From assembly GCA_016840095.1 (NCBI GenBank), contig JAEOSZ010000016.1:1-27203 (forward strand): 27,203 bases of DNA, read 5' to 3'. Position numbers and translations under genes: made by a program. The DNA comes from Candidatus Heimdallarchaeota archaeon (GTDB lineage Archaea; Asgardarchaeota; Heimdallarchaeia; Heimdallarchaeales; Heimdallarchaeaceae). Below, piece after piece: positions 17,567 to 25,725 of this stretch (position 1 is its first letter; every line of letters starts with the position of its first letter). The notes beneath the pieces were generated by a model, which was not told where the DNA came from, searched no databases, and worked only from the letters and a program-made list of their open reading frames with translations.

Positions 17567-17586
17567 AGAGAGTTAATCTCTTTTTT
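17565..17586 (+). terminator. Hairpin plus T-tract after the clostripain gene
   Basis: AAAGAGA-GTTAA-TCTCTTT followed by TTT, immediately at the stop codon. Confidence 0.5.
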
Positions 17587-17639
17587 CTCTATTTCTGTTA
17601 GAATTATATACTAGTGCTTTTTTCATAATTTAGATTAGC

Positions 17640-18536
17640 ATGTTTAAGATACTTGGAATAGACAAAGAAAAATGTATCAAGTGTGAAAAATGTATTCAAA
17701 GTTGCAGTGTAGAGTTGTTCTCTGTTGAACGAACAACTGACATGGAGAAGAAGATATATTTTGAGGACCCTTATAGGTTTTGTTTCAGATGTGGGCATTG
17801 CATTTCTATTTGTCCAACAGAAGCTATTCTCTATGAAGGGGCTGATGAAATGTATAATTTCAAAGAAGCCAAAGATCCAACTCAAATACTCTCTTATGAA
17901 AACTTTATGAAATTCACCAGAACCCGAAGATCTACAAGAATTTTCAAAAATCAACCACTTTCAGAAGATGAAGTAACCAAGATTCTTGAAGCAATGAGAT
18001 ATTCCCCCAGTGCTAGTAACCGACAGAATCGTCATTATATTGTACTCTCTAAAGAAGAGGATATTGCTTTCTTAGCTAACAAGGTTTCTCATCTAATGTT
18101 AAAAGCAAGAAGGTATATTAAATTAAAATATCTTGCAGTTCCATTTACAAGAGGATTGGTACGTAAGCGTTTACTTAATCCCAAAACAAAAATAAGACTG
18201 AATGATTTTTTTGAGAAGAAAAGCAAAGGTGTTGATCAAATCTTCTTCAATGCACCTTGTGTAATTATCGTTCATGCTCCATCTTATGCTAGAATGACAG
18301 CTTCTGATGCAAGTATAGCAATAACTCATGGAATGCTAGCAGCTCATAGTATGGGATTAGGTACCTGCTGGATTGGTTTAGCTCAGGAGTATCTTTCTAG
18401 ATTCAAAAAAGGTAGAAAGCAACTAGGTATTCCTAATAGTCATAACGTCTATGGAGTTTTTATTATAGGGCATCCTAAACAAGAGTTTCTAAGAGCTCCT
18501 CCTAGACGTGAAATCTACTTGGATTGGAGAAAATAA
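17640..18536 (+). CDS. Nitroreductase with N-terminal 2x[4Fe-4S] ferredoxin domain
   Basis: CIKCEKCIQSC and CFRCGHCISICP; RRSTRIF, SPSASNRQ, LAAHSMGLGTCWIG, IGHP. Confidence 0.93.
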   Translation: MFKILGIDKEKCIKCEKCIQSCSVELFSVERTTDMEKKIYFEDPYRFCFRCGHCISICPTEAILYEGADEMYNFKEAKDPTQILSYENFMKFTRTRRSTRIFKNQPLSEDEVTKILEAMRYSPSASNRQNRHYIVLSKEEDIAFLANKVSHLMLKARRYIKLKYLAVPFTRGLVRKRLLNPKTKIRLNDFFEKKSKGVDQIFFNAPCVIIVHAPSYARMTASDASIAITHGMLAAHSMGLGTCWIGLAQEYLSRFKKGRKQLGIPNSHNVYGVFIIGHPKQEFLRAPPRREIYLDWRK

Positions 18537-18550
18537 ATCAGAGAGATTCC

Positions 18551-18994
18551 TCATTCTGATTTTATTTCAACATCACCAGATTTAATATGAAATGTATGAA
18601 TATCTCTTTTTACTGGAATTTGTACACTAACTTTTGCTAAATCAATTTTGTATAGATAAAACCTTGGATCTTCAGCTGATTCCCAAAAATCATCAAACCA
18701 AGAGATAGCATTAGCTAAGTCAGTTCTAATTTCAGCATCATCAATTAGAATTGCTTTTCCTGTTCCTCTGATTGTACTCAGTTTTTCATTTTCATGAGGA
18801 TTAATAGCAAATTCAACATTATTATTAGCTTCTATTTCATCTATCTTCTTTCTCCCAGCAATACTAACAAACCAACAAGTATCTTTGTGATAGATCAAAG
18901 CCATTGGTCTGACTTTAGGTTGATCTCCATCTATTGTTGCAAGATACATTAACGGTTGTGTTTTGAAGTAATCAATCACATCTTCAAGTTTCAT
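18551..18994 (-). CDS. Pyridoxamine 5'-phosphate oxidase-like FMN-binding split-barrel protein
   Basis: YLATIDGDQPKVRPM, KKIDEIEANNNVEF, EDPRF. ATG 18994 is preferred over the track start 19012. Confidence 0.88.
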   Translation of the reverse strand: MKLEDVIDYFKTQPLMYLATIDGDQPKVRPMALIYHKDTCWFVSIAGRKKIDEIEANNNVEFAINPHENEKLSTIRGTGKAILIDDAEIRTDLANAISWFDDFWESAEDPRFYLYKIDLAKVSVQIPVKRDIHTFHIKSGDVEIKSE

Positions 18995-19109
18995 AAGTTT
19001 CAAAACTATCAAACCTTAATATGCATTGTTCTTTCTAAACATAGAATGAAAGAAGATTTTTACTCAAACAAGAATTATTACTTTATATTTTTTCTAGATA
19101 ACTAGATAT

Positions 19110-19121
19110 TTTCACGTGAAA
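19110..19121. promoter_or_regulatory. Perfect 12-bp palindrome TTTCACGTGAAA in a divergent promoter region (candidate operator)
   Basis: Seen directly; flanked by an imperfect extension AACTA...TAGTT. Confidence 0.35.
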
Positions 19122-19275
19122 TTAGTTTTTAAGCTGCAAGAACCTTCTAGACAACAAAATAATCCCGACAAAAAGCGAATTACTATCGTATTATTTCCGT
19201 ACGATTTTCTGTAGGTTTATTATTTTCTTCTGGATAAAGTTTATTATGAACAAAATTATACTTTAAGTGGTTAAA

Positions 19276-20136
19276 ATGACATTTTCTATTGTTGCTTATG
19301 ATCCTAAGGAAAAAGAATGGGGTGTGGCAGTTCAATCAAAATTTGTTGCAGTTGGAGCACTTGTTTCTTATGCTAAAGCTAATGTTGGTGCAATAGCTAC
19401 TCAAGCTTGGCTTAATACAGGTTATGGACCAAAAGGGTTAGCATTGTTGGAACAAGGTTTGACAGCTGATGAGACAATAAAGATTCTTACTCAGCATGAT
19501 GAAAATAGAGAACATAGACAAGTTGGTATTGTAGACTCCTTCGGAGGTGTTGCATCATTTACTGGTAAAAAATGCTATGACTGGGCAGGACATGTCATTG
19601 GTGAAAACTATGCATGCCAAGGGAACATACTTGTTTCAGAGGACACAGTATTAGCTATGTCTCAAGCATACAGAGAAACTTCCGGAGGTTTAGTTGATAA
19701 ACTTCTCGCAGCTTTAGAGGAAGGACAAGATGCAGGTGGCGATAAAAGAGGAAAACAGTCAGCTGGTATACTCATTGTTAAGGAAAAGGGAGTTTATGAT
19801 GGGGGAACAGATAAATATGTAGACATTAGAGTGGATGAGCACGAACATCCAATAAAGGAACTACGTAGAGTGTTTGAGCACTATGATCTTTCCTTACTAG
19901 AACGAGATGATCCAAAAGATAAAGTGAAGCTTGCAGGAGATGTTATTAAAACTATTAAAGAGGTTCTCAAATTAGATGGCTTCTATGAAGGCGAGATAGA
20001 CACTAAATACGACGATGTAACAAAGGAAGCTTTGCATGAATGGATACTCACTAACAATTTTGAAGTTAAGGAAAGAGAAGACAATTACATGTGGGGATCC
20101 GTTTACAGATTCATCCAGAAAAGAAAAGATGGTTAG
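19276..20136 (+). CDS. DUF1028 family Ntn-hydrolase-like protein with C-terminal putative peptidoglycan-binding-like domain
   Basis: Family start MTFSIVA at ATG 19276; GVAVQS, GAIATQA, RQVGIVD, QGNIL, AGGDKRGKQSA, DIRVDEH; C-terminal helical extension (GFYEG...NNFE). Confidence 0.9.
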   Translation: MTFSIVAYDPKEKEWGVAVQSKFVAVGALVSYAKANVGAIATQAWLNTGYGPKGLALLEQGLTADETIKILTQHDENREHRQVGIVDSFGGVASFTGKKCYDWAGHVIGENYACQGNILVSEDTVLAMSQAYRETSGGLVDKLLAALEEGQDAGGDKRGKQSAGILIVKEKGVYDGGTDKYVDIRVDEHEHPIKELRRVFEHYDLSLLERDDPKDKVKLAGDVIKTIKEVLKLDGFYEGEIDTKYDDVTKEALHEWILTNNFEVKEREDNYMWGSVYRFIQKRKDG

Positions 20137-20608
20137 TTTAATGCCAATGGCTACAGTTCATCCCTTTAGATATAACAATGGTAAGTTAGAATATCTTCTA
20201 ATAAAAAGAGCTACAATAGCATGGAATTGGCAAGGAGTAACTGGAAGTCAGGAAGAAAATGAAACGATGAAAGAATGTGCAATAAGAGAACTCATTGAGG
20301 AAACAAGTTATGAACCAGCTTTCATCACAGCAATAGAATTTCCATCTAGTTTCTATCAAGGAATAGAAAATGAAGGAGAAAGAATTCCTGAAGAATTCTA
20401 TGATGGCGACACATATCATGAATTAGAGAAAGGTACATATTTCGTAGCTAGAATTGACCAAAAGAAAGATCCAGTTTTGAATCCAGAAGAACATACAGAC
20501 TGGATCTGGTGTGAATACGAAAAGGGGTATGAACTCATTAAATATGATATTGAGAAAAGAATCTTTAGATTTGTACACAATATGATAATTAACGGAGAAA
20601 TAAAGTAA
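20129..20608 (+). CDS. Nudix hydrolase, NudB-like, paralogue A
   Basis: WQGVTGSQEENETMKECAIRELIEETSY Nudix box; EH..W.W motif. ATG 20129 overlaps the DUF1028 stop; the track start 20036 is too far upstream. Confidence 0.88.
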   Translation: MVSLMPMATVHPFRYNNGKLEYLLIKRATIAWNWQGVTGSQEENETMKECAIRELIEETSYEPAFITAIEFPSSFYQGIENEGERIPEEFYDGDTYHELEKGTYFVARIDQKKDPVLNPEEHTDWIWCEYEKGYELIKYDIEKRIFRFVHNMIINGEIK

Positions 20609-20626
20609 AAATAAAGTGAAACAGAA

Positions 20627-22288
20627 CTAATTGATTTTCTTTCTGTTTCTGAAATTAATGTAGATAACGAATATTACAGAGAATATTAATGCGCCAAGTA
20701 TTGGATAAGGTGTGGGTTCTGTATTTGTTGGGGGTGGTGTTGTGGGTGTTGTGGGAGTTGTTGGTTCTGGAGGTTCTGCTGGTTCATAATCATCATTGGA
20801 TTCTATATCTATTCCCAGTAAAAATTCAATTGTATTATATGCAAAGTATGTATTGTCTTTATCAGTTAGAGAGTAATCAAAGTTTGACCAAATTGTAGAA
20901 CCAAAAACAGCTATCGATGAAGATCCTTCAACTTCAACTCCTGCTACAGGTATGATGTTACCTCCAACATCATTATCTGTCATATCGTAAACTACTGCAG
21001 GACCCGGTGATGATTCATCTGCTTGATAGAAATAGTCTTCACCATACATTAACCAATTAACATTATCTCCTCCAGTCTCTTCATAAAGAGAGCTTGGTGA
21101 GAAAAACCTTATTCTTCGGGTTAGACTTGCAGTTATAGAAGCTACCGCAGGATCAAGATTATAATTTCCAGTATAACAATACCAATCCCTGTAATATTCT
21201 GGATCTGCTGGTGAGGTATATACATTATCATCATTCACTCTTATATCAGAGCCAATTGCAGTAAGTAAAGCATTCATTCCTTCAAAACTGACATCATAAG
21301 TAAAGTCACCTCTACTACTAAGCAGAATATGTCCTCCAGCAGCATACCAGTTGCTAATGGAAGTTAATTCATTTGCTGTAAAACCTGTAGTTGTGATTGG
21401 AGCACAGATTACAAGCAAATCAACACCTGCTAAAGCTGTAGCATTAATCTCATAATCATTGTAAATGACTTTCAGAACATCTCTGTCCAGTGTATCTACA
21501 AAGGAAGTCAATTCATCATCAGCTACGTAATCATTCCCATGATATCTGTCAACTAGCACCTTTGCAACATCAGGAACTTCAGTTATTACAGGAGGGGTAA
21601 CAGTAGATAAAGTATAGTTCCATACAGCATAAACTGCACCAATTGCTCTCCCTAGTTGCTCTTCAGTTAATGCTGTGATAGTAGAATTTGAGAGAACTAC
21701 ACCAGAAGTATCACCTGTTGGATATGCATTGTAAACATCCCAGTAGTATCCGTAAGCATGCCATGAACAATTTATTATGAAATCTGTTACATTTGTTATA
21801 GTATCAAAAACATAAGGGGTAACATTTAAACTGTCAAGATTAATATTGATGTCTGTTTCGTATGCACTATGACCATCCCACGAATCCCATGTATGGACAG
21901 GGATATTGATATCAGATGTATAATGAGACATTACACCTAAGAAGAAGAAAACATTATCCCATTCTTCATTTGATGCAAAAGTTCTGATTTCATCAACCAT
22001 TTCTGCTATTTTGAAGGGAGCATTGTGTTCTCCACTAATTGGATAATATAGATGATTGTCCCAATCTTGAAGTACTTGATCAGGATAACCGCTTCCACCT
22101 ATTACTTCTGGTCCATAATATCCAAATGCTTCTTGCCAACTATCATTAATAAGATTCAATGCTTCTTCAGCTATGTATAGGTGAGTTGGTACTCCCCACG
22201 CTGTGACAGAAGAATCATTTTGATTTGTAATCATAAATGGACTCAGTATTAACAAAATCATTATAATTTTACTAAATCTATTGCTCAT
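20627..22288 (-). CDS. Secreted Zn-dependent phospholipase C / S1-P1 nuclease domain + GldG/GIFT (DUF4350-like) domain, Pro/Thr linker, C-terminal anchor
   Basis: Signal peptide ending VTA|WGVPTH gives a mature N-terminal Trp with His. Further Zn-ligand motifs: PD, NH, HYTSD..PVH, HSAYE. The second domain VLVDRYHGND...VDLLVICAP...ELTSISNWYAAGGHILLSSRGD is GIFT/GATase-like. PTTPTTPTTPPP linker, then TM and RNRKK. Confidence 0.8.
   Translation of the reverse strand: MSNRFSKIIMILLILSPFMITNQNDSSVTAWGVPTHLYIAEEALNLINDSWQEAFGYYGPEVIGGSGYPDQVLQDWDNHLYYPISGEHNAPFKIAEMVDEIRTFASNEEWDNVFFFLGVMSHYTSDINIPVHTWDSWDGHSAYETDININLDSLNVTPYVFDTITNVTDFIINCSWHAYGYYWDVYNAYPTGDTSGVVLSNSTITALTEEQLGRAIGAVYAVWNYTLSTVTPPVITEVPDVAKVLVDRYHGNDYVADDELTSFVDTLDRDVLKVIYNDYEINATALAGVDLLVICAPITTTGFTANELTSISNWYAAGGHILLSSRGDFTYDVSFEGMNALLTAIGSDIRVNDDNVYTSPADPEYYRDWYCYTGNYNLDPAVASITASLTRRIRFFSPSSLYEETGGDNVNWLMYGEDYFYQADESSPGPAVVYDMTDNDVGGNIIPVAGVEVEGSSSIAVFGSTIWSNFDYSLTDKDNTYFAYNTIEFLLGIDIESNDDYEPAEPPEPTTPTTPTTPPPTNTEPTPYPILGALIFSVIFVIYINFRNRKKIN
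20708..20785 (-). repeat. Low-complexity Pro/Thr/Glu linker (EPAEPPEPTTPTTPTTPPPTNTEPTP)
   Basis: G/T-rich imperfect 9-nt repeats (GGTGTTGTG-like) on the + strand within the CDS. Confidence 0.7.
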
Positions 22289-22379
22289 AAATTTCAAAAT
22301 ATTCTGAAATCATCTGTTTTTAATACTAACTGAATGTGCAAACAAATCAATTTTATAGCTAAATTAGTACTAGAACATA

Positions 22380-22826
22380 ATGAGAGAACCAATTCAAGTT
22401 TTAGTATATCCAGTAAGAGAAAAAGGAGATGAATGGGAATATCTACTTCTCAAACGAATAGAGAGCATAGGTGGATTTTGGCAAGGTGTGACTGGAGCAC
22501 CTGAAAAAGGCGAAGATATTTTAGATGCAGCTAAAAGAGAATTACTAGAAGAAACAAGTTATATTCCTAATTTTGTCTTTCAAACAGATTTTTCTTACAA
22601 TATTTTGGTTGAAGAGAAATTCAACAAAAATTATCCTGAAGGAGTGACAGAGATTCCTGAGTACGTCTTTGTTGCTAGGATAAATCAACCAGATTTACCT
22701 GCCATTGATCCAAAAGAGCATGAAGAATGGAAATGGTGTACTTTTGAAGAAGCTTTTGGATTGCTTAAATGGGAAGATAACAAAAGAGCTCTTGAACACG
22801 TAAGGGATATTTTAGAAGAAAAATAA
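22380..22826 (+). CDS. Nudix hydrolase, NudB-like, paralogue B
   Basis: FWQGVTGAPEKGEDILDAAKRELLEETSY, PKEHEEWKW, W..NKRAL; TTTTATA box at 22351-22357. Confidence 0.9.
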   Translation: MREPIQVLVYPVREKGDEWEYLLLKRIESIGGFWQGVTGAPEKGEDILDAAKRELLEETSYIPNFVFQTDFSYNILVEEKFNKNYPEGVTEIPEYVFVARINQPDLPAIDPKEHEEWKWCTFEEAFGLLKWEDNKRALEHVRDILEEK

Positions 22827-22839
22827 ATGAATGTGAGGA

Positions 22840-23313
22840 TTATTCTTCACTCTGTTTGAAAGATTTAATTATTTGAATGGCTCTATGACCAGAGTAAACA
22901 AAACTCATGAATAGAGCTATGGAACCAAAAATTATTGCAGCTAACGGTGACAACAAGAAGTAAAATAAAAGTATAATTAGCAAGCTACTTGCAAGAAATC
23001 CAGAAAAAAGACCTAAAGAAGGTATCATCCAACCTTTGAAAACGTAGATTTCAGTTAGGATACCTATTTTTAGGCTTCGTAAATTTTCGTATTCTTCTTT
23101 CAGATTGTATCTGTTATTCTTATCTTTTTCAAGAAGACCAAGTTGTTCCAATCTCTGCAAATGGTATTGTGAATGACTGGCAGATTTAAATCCCAAATCT
23201 CTTTGAGTTTCTCTGATTCCAACATCTTTAGCTTTTTTCAAAACATAAACAAATACGCGTAAAGCTGTTCCGGTTAGAGAGGCTATTAAATCATCTTTAT
23301 TATTCTCAGTCAT
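22840..23313 (-). CDS. Membrane-tethered winged-HTH transcription regulator
   Basis: wHTH LTGTALRVFVYV...GIRETQRDLGFKSASHSQYHLQRLEQLGLLEK followed by two C-terminal hydrophobic helices; AGGTGA SD at 23320-23325. Confidence 0.85.
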   Translation of the reverse strand: MTENNKDDLIASLTGTALRVFVYVLKKAKDVGIRETQRDLGFKSASHSQYHLQRLEQLGLLEKDKNNRYNLKEEYENLRSLKIGILTEIYVFKGWMIPSLGLFSGFLASSLLIILLFYFLLSPLAAIIFGSIALFMSFVYSGHRAIQIIKSFKQSEE

Positions 23314-23325
23314 TCAATTTCACCT

Positions 23326-24024
23326 TTATAGATGAGGGGTGAATAAATCACTTAATACAGCGATATAGTCATCAAATGCACTATCAGGAATTAGTACATG
23401 GGATCCAAGAGTATTTCCGTCATACTGATAGTCGTCATACCAGGTTGTTGATTTGAAAAGAACCAATCCATCCATATCCACAAATAGGAATATCATAGTA
23501 TTGTTCTCAAAGAAGATTTCTGTTACAAATTTTAAACTAGCAAAGTAAATATCGGTAGTGTATGGAGCTTCACCATAGATACCATCTTTTGTGGTTTTGT
23601 TAATTGAATCAAATAATCCACCAGCTATTTCACCAACTTGACTTTGGGAAAGCATGAAATTAACTTGTTCAGATGGAAACATAGCAAATGCTGAAACATT
23701 CCAATCATATGAACTACTATCTCCAATTCTATCAAATGAAGCATAACCCAATCTGCTGTTGATTTGAGCTGTACCATTTCCTAAAATCATCATATGAACA
23801 ACATTAGGAATTGAGCTAGATACAGATTCAGCTAATCTTGTTGAGAAACCGCCAGTTTCATCAATATCAGGTGTAGTTGGCATACCAAAATAGATGCCTA
23901 TTCCAACAATTCCTCCAGCGACAACTGCGATGCCAAAACCTATTGCTAGCCACTTTATATAACTACTCTTTAGGTTTCTTGAGATTGTATTACTCAATAT
24001 TTTTTCATCACTCATTTTTATCAT
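23326..24024 (-). CDS. Hypothetical single-pass membrane protein with extracellular domain (alternative start 24015)
   Basis: One N-terminal TM (WLAIGFGIAVVAGGIVGIGIYF), then a domain with sequons NGT, NVS, NKT and NNT; 12-nt gap to the wHTH gene. Confidence 0.78.
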   Translation of the reverse strand: MIKMSDEKILSNTISRNLKSSYIKWLAIGFGIAVVAGGIVGIGIYFGMPTTPDIDETGGFSTRLAESVSSSIPNVVHMMILGNGTAQINSRLGYASFDRIGDSSSYDWNVSAFAMFPSEQVNFMLSQSQVGEIAGGLFDSINKTTKDGIYGEAPYTTDIYFASLKFVTEIFFENNTMIFLFVDMDGLVLFKSTTWYDDYQYDGNTLGSHVLIPDSAFDDYIAVLSDLFTPHL

Positions 24025-24049
24025 CCGAAGTTTATAACTTCAAGAATCA

Positions 24050-24123
24050 TTAGCACAAAGGACCCTTATAATAAAATGTTTTGTACAGCCATTATTAAAT
24101 CTTGTACAAAGATTAGTACAGCG
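24050..24123. promoter_or_regulatory. Divergent promoter with repeated GTACA-core motifs (candidate operator array)
   Basis: TTAGCACAAAG (24050), TTTGTACAGCC (24080), CTTGTACAAAG (24101, inside the near-palindrome AATCTTGTACAAAGATT) and TTAGTACAGCG (24113); TTATAA at 24065-24070. Confidence 0.45.
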
Positions 24124-24180
24124 TTGTGAAACGAAAACTGTTTTTAATATGTTCATACTAGGATGCTCGAATGTGGTCAT

Positions 24181-25662
24181 ATGAAAACTGAAGTAAAGAA
24201 AATAGGTTTAAAAGAAAATGACATACCTCTTGTAATTCTTGGAGTTTTTGAAGAAGCTAAAGAGGATATAATACTCAAAGAATTGGATGAGACAGTAAGT
24301 GATGTTTTAGATCTTGGAGATTTCAAAGGAAAACCAGGTCAAATGTCCTTAATTTACACTAAAGGTAAGATATCTCCCAAAAGATTATTCTTAGTTGGAT
24401 TAGGAAAAGAAGAAAAACTCACAGTGGAAAATGTTCGTAAAGCTCTTGGTAATGTTTCTAGAAAGGTAAGAGATCTTGATGTTAAGAAAGTAGGTATTAA
24501 TCTTGATTCCTTCACTAGAGATAAACTAGATGTTGTTGAAACAGCAGAAGCGATTGTTCAAGGAATGATCATGGGGAGTTTTCAGAACATATCCTATAGA
24601 ACAGAAAAACTTGATTCTTACAAGGAAATAGATGAACTTCAAATTTTCAGCGAAAAAGTTGAAACAGATGTTCTAACCAAAGGAGTAACAAGTGGGGTGA
24701 TAATAGCAAATTCTGTTAACTTCTGTAGAACACTAGCTTGGGGTCCTGCCAATTATATCACACCAACTAAATTGGCAAATGAAGCTTTAAGACTAGAAAA
24801 AGAAACAGGAATTAAAACAACCATTTTTGACAGAGAAAAAGCAAAGGAAATTGGATTAACTAGTTTTCTAGCTGTTGCTCAAGGAACCAAAGAACCTCCA
24901 AAATTCATTATCATGGAACATGGTGCTGATAAACAAGGTGTTGAGACTGTTGCTTTAATTGGGAAGGCAATCACTTTTGACAGCGGAGGTATAAGTATCA
25001 AACCAAGTCAAAACATGGAGAAAATGAAAGCAGATATGACAGGCGGAGCAGTAGTTTTTGCAGCAATGGAAGCCATAGCTAGATTGGATATCAACTTACA
25101 TGTAATTGGAATAGTGCCTGCTACAGACAATATGCCTTCTGGAACAGCTTACCATCCTGGAGACATAATTACAAGCTATAGTGGTCATAAAATTGAAGTT
25201 ATCAGTACTGATGCCGAAGGACGTATGATTCTCAATGATGCTCTTACTTACGCAGCTAAACACTATGAACCAAAAGCTATGTTCGACTTTGCAACTTTAA
25301 CAGGTTCAATGATGGTTGCACTTGGAGAACATGCAATTGGCTACTTCTCCAATCATGATTTTGTGGTTGATAAGCTAGAAGAAGCTTCTACATCAAGTGG
25401 TGATAAAATTTGGAGAATGCCTCTTTGGGAATTATATGATGAGCAACTCAAGAGTGATCTAGCAGACTTTAAACATACAGGTGGAAGAGCTGGAGGAGCA
25501 ATTACAGCAGCCAGATTTCTAAGCAAATTCACAATGGATGTACCATGGGCTCATCTCGATATAGCTGGAGTAATGGAACAAAGTAGTGATAAGGATTATA
25601 ACCCAAAAGGCAGTAAGGGTCCAGCTGTAAGACTGATAATTGATGTATTGAGAAACTGGTAA
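24181..25662 (+). CDS. pepA: Leucyl aminopeptidase, family M17
   Basis: GKAITFDSGG, MKADMTG, STDAEGR (NTDAEGR variant), ATLTG, WAHLDIAG. ATG 24181 is preferred; the track start is 24163. Confidence 0.96.
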   Translation: MKTEVKKIGLKENDIPLVILGVFEEAKEDIILKELDETVSDVLDLGDFKGKPGQMSLIYTKGKISPKRLFLVGLGKEEKLTVENVRKALGNVSRKVRDLDVKKVGINLDSFTRDKLDVVETAEAIVQGMIMGSFQNISYRTEKLDSYKEIDELQIFSEKVETDVLTKGVTSGVIIANSVNFCRTLAWGPANYITPTKLANEALRLEKETGIKTTIFDREKAKEIGLTSFLAVAQGTKEPPKFIIMEHGADKQGVETVALIGKAITFDSGGISIKPSQNMEKMKADMTGGAVVFAAMEAIARLDINLHVIGIVPATDNMPSGTAYHPGDIITSYSGHKIEVISTDAEGRMILNDALTYAAKHYEPKAMFDFATLTGSMMVALGEHAIGYFSNHDFVVDKLEEASTSSGDKIWRMPLWELYDEQLKSDLADFKHTGGRAGGAITAARFLSKFTMDVPWAHLDIAGVMEQSSDKDYNPKGSKGPAVRLIIDVLRNW

Positions 25663-25725
25663 TTAAGACATAATTTGATTGTAAAACTTTTTTAATTACC
25701 CTTCTCTATCTTTTTGTTGATTCAT

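Noticed and set aside
16563-17954. ORFs 16563-16826, 17604-17954 and 17725-17910
   Set aside because: Nested in the clostripain or nitroreductase genes; no motifs.
20198-20898. ORFs 20198-20419 and 20689-20898; G/T-rich repeats considered as a possible CRISPR or VNTR
   Set aside because: The ORFs are antisense shadows. The repeats simply encode the Pro/Thr linker and have no repeat-spacer structure.
25201-25224. STDAEGR instead of NTDAEGR in PepA as a sign of inactivation
   Set aside because: The metal ligands (Lys, Asp, Asp, Asp, Glu) and catalytic Lys/Arg are all present, so the substitution does not imply loss of function.
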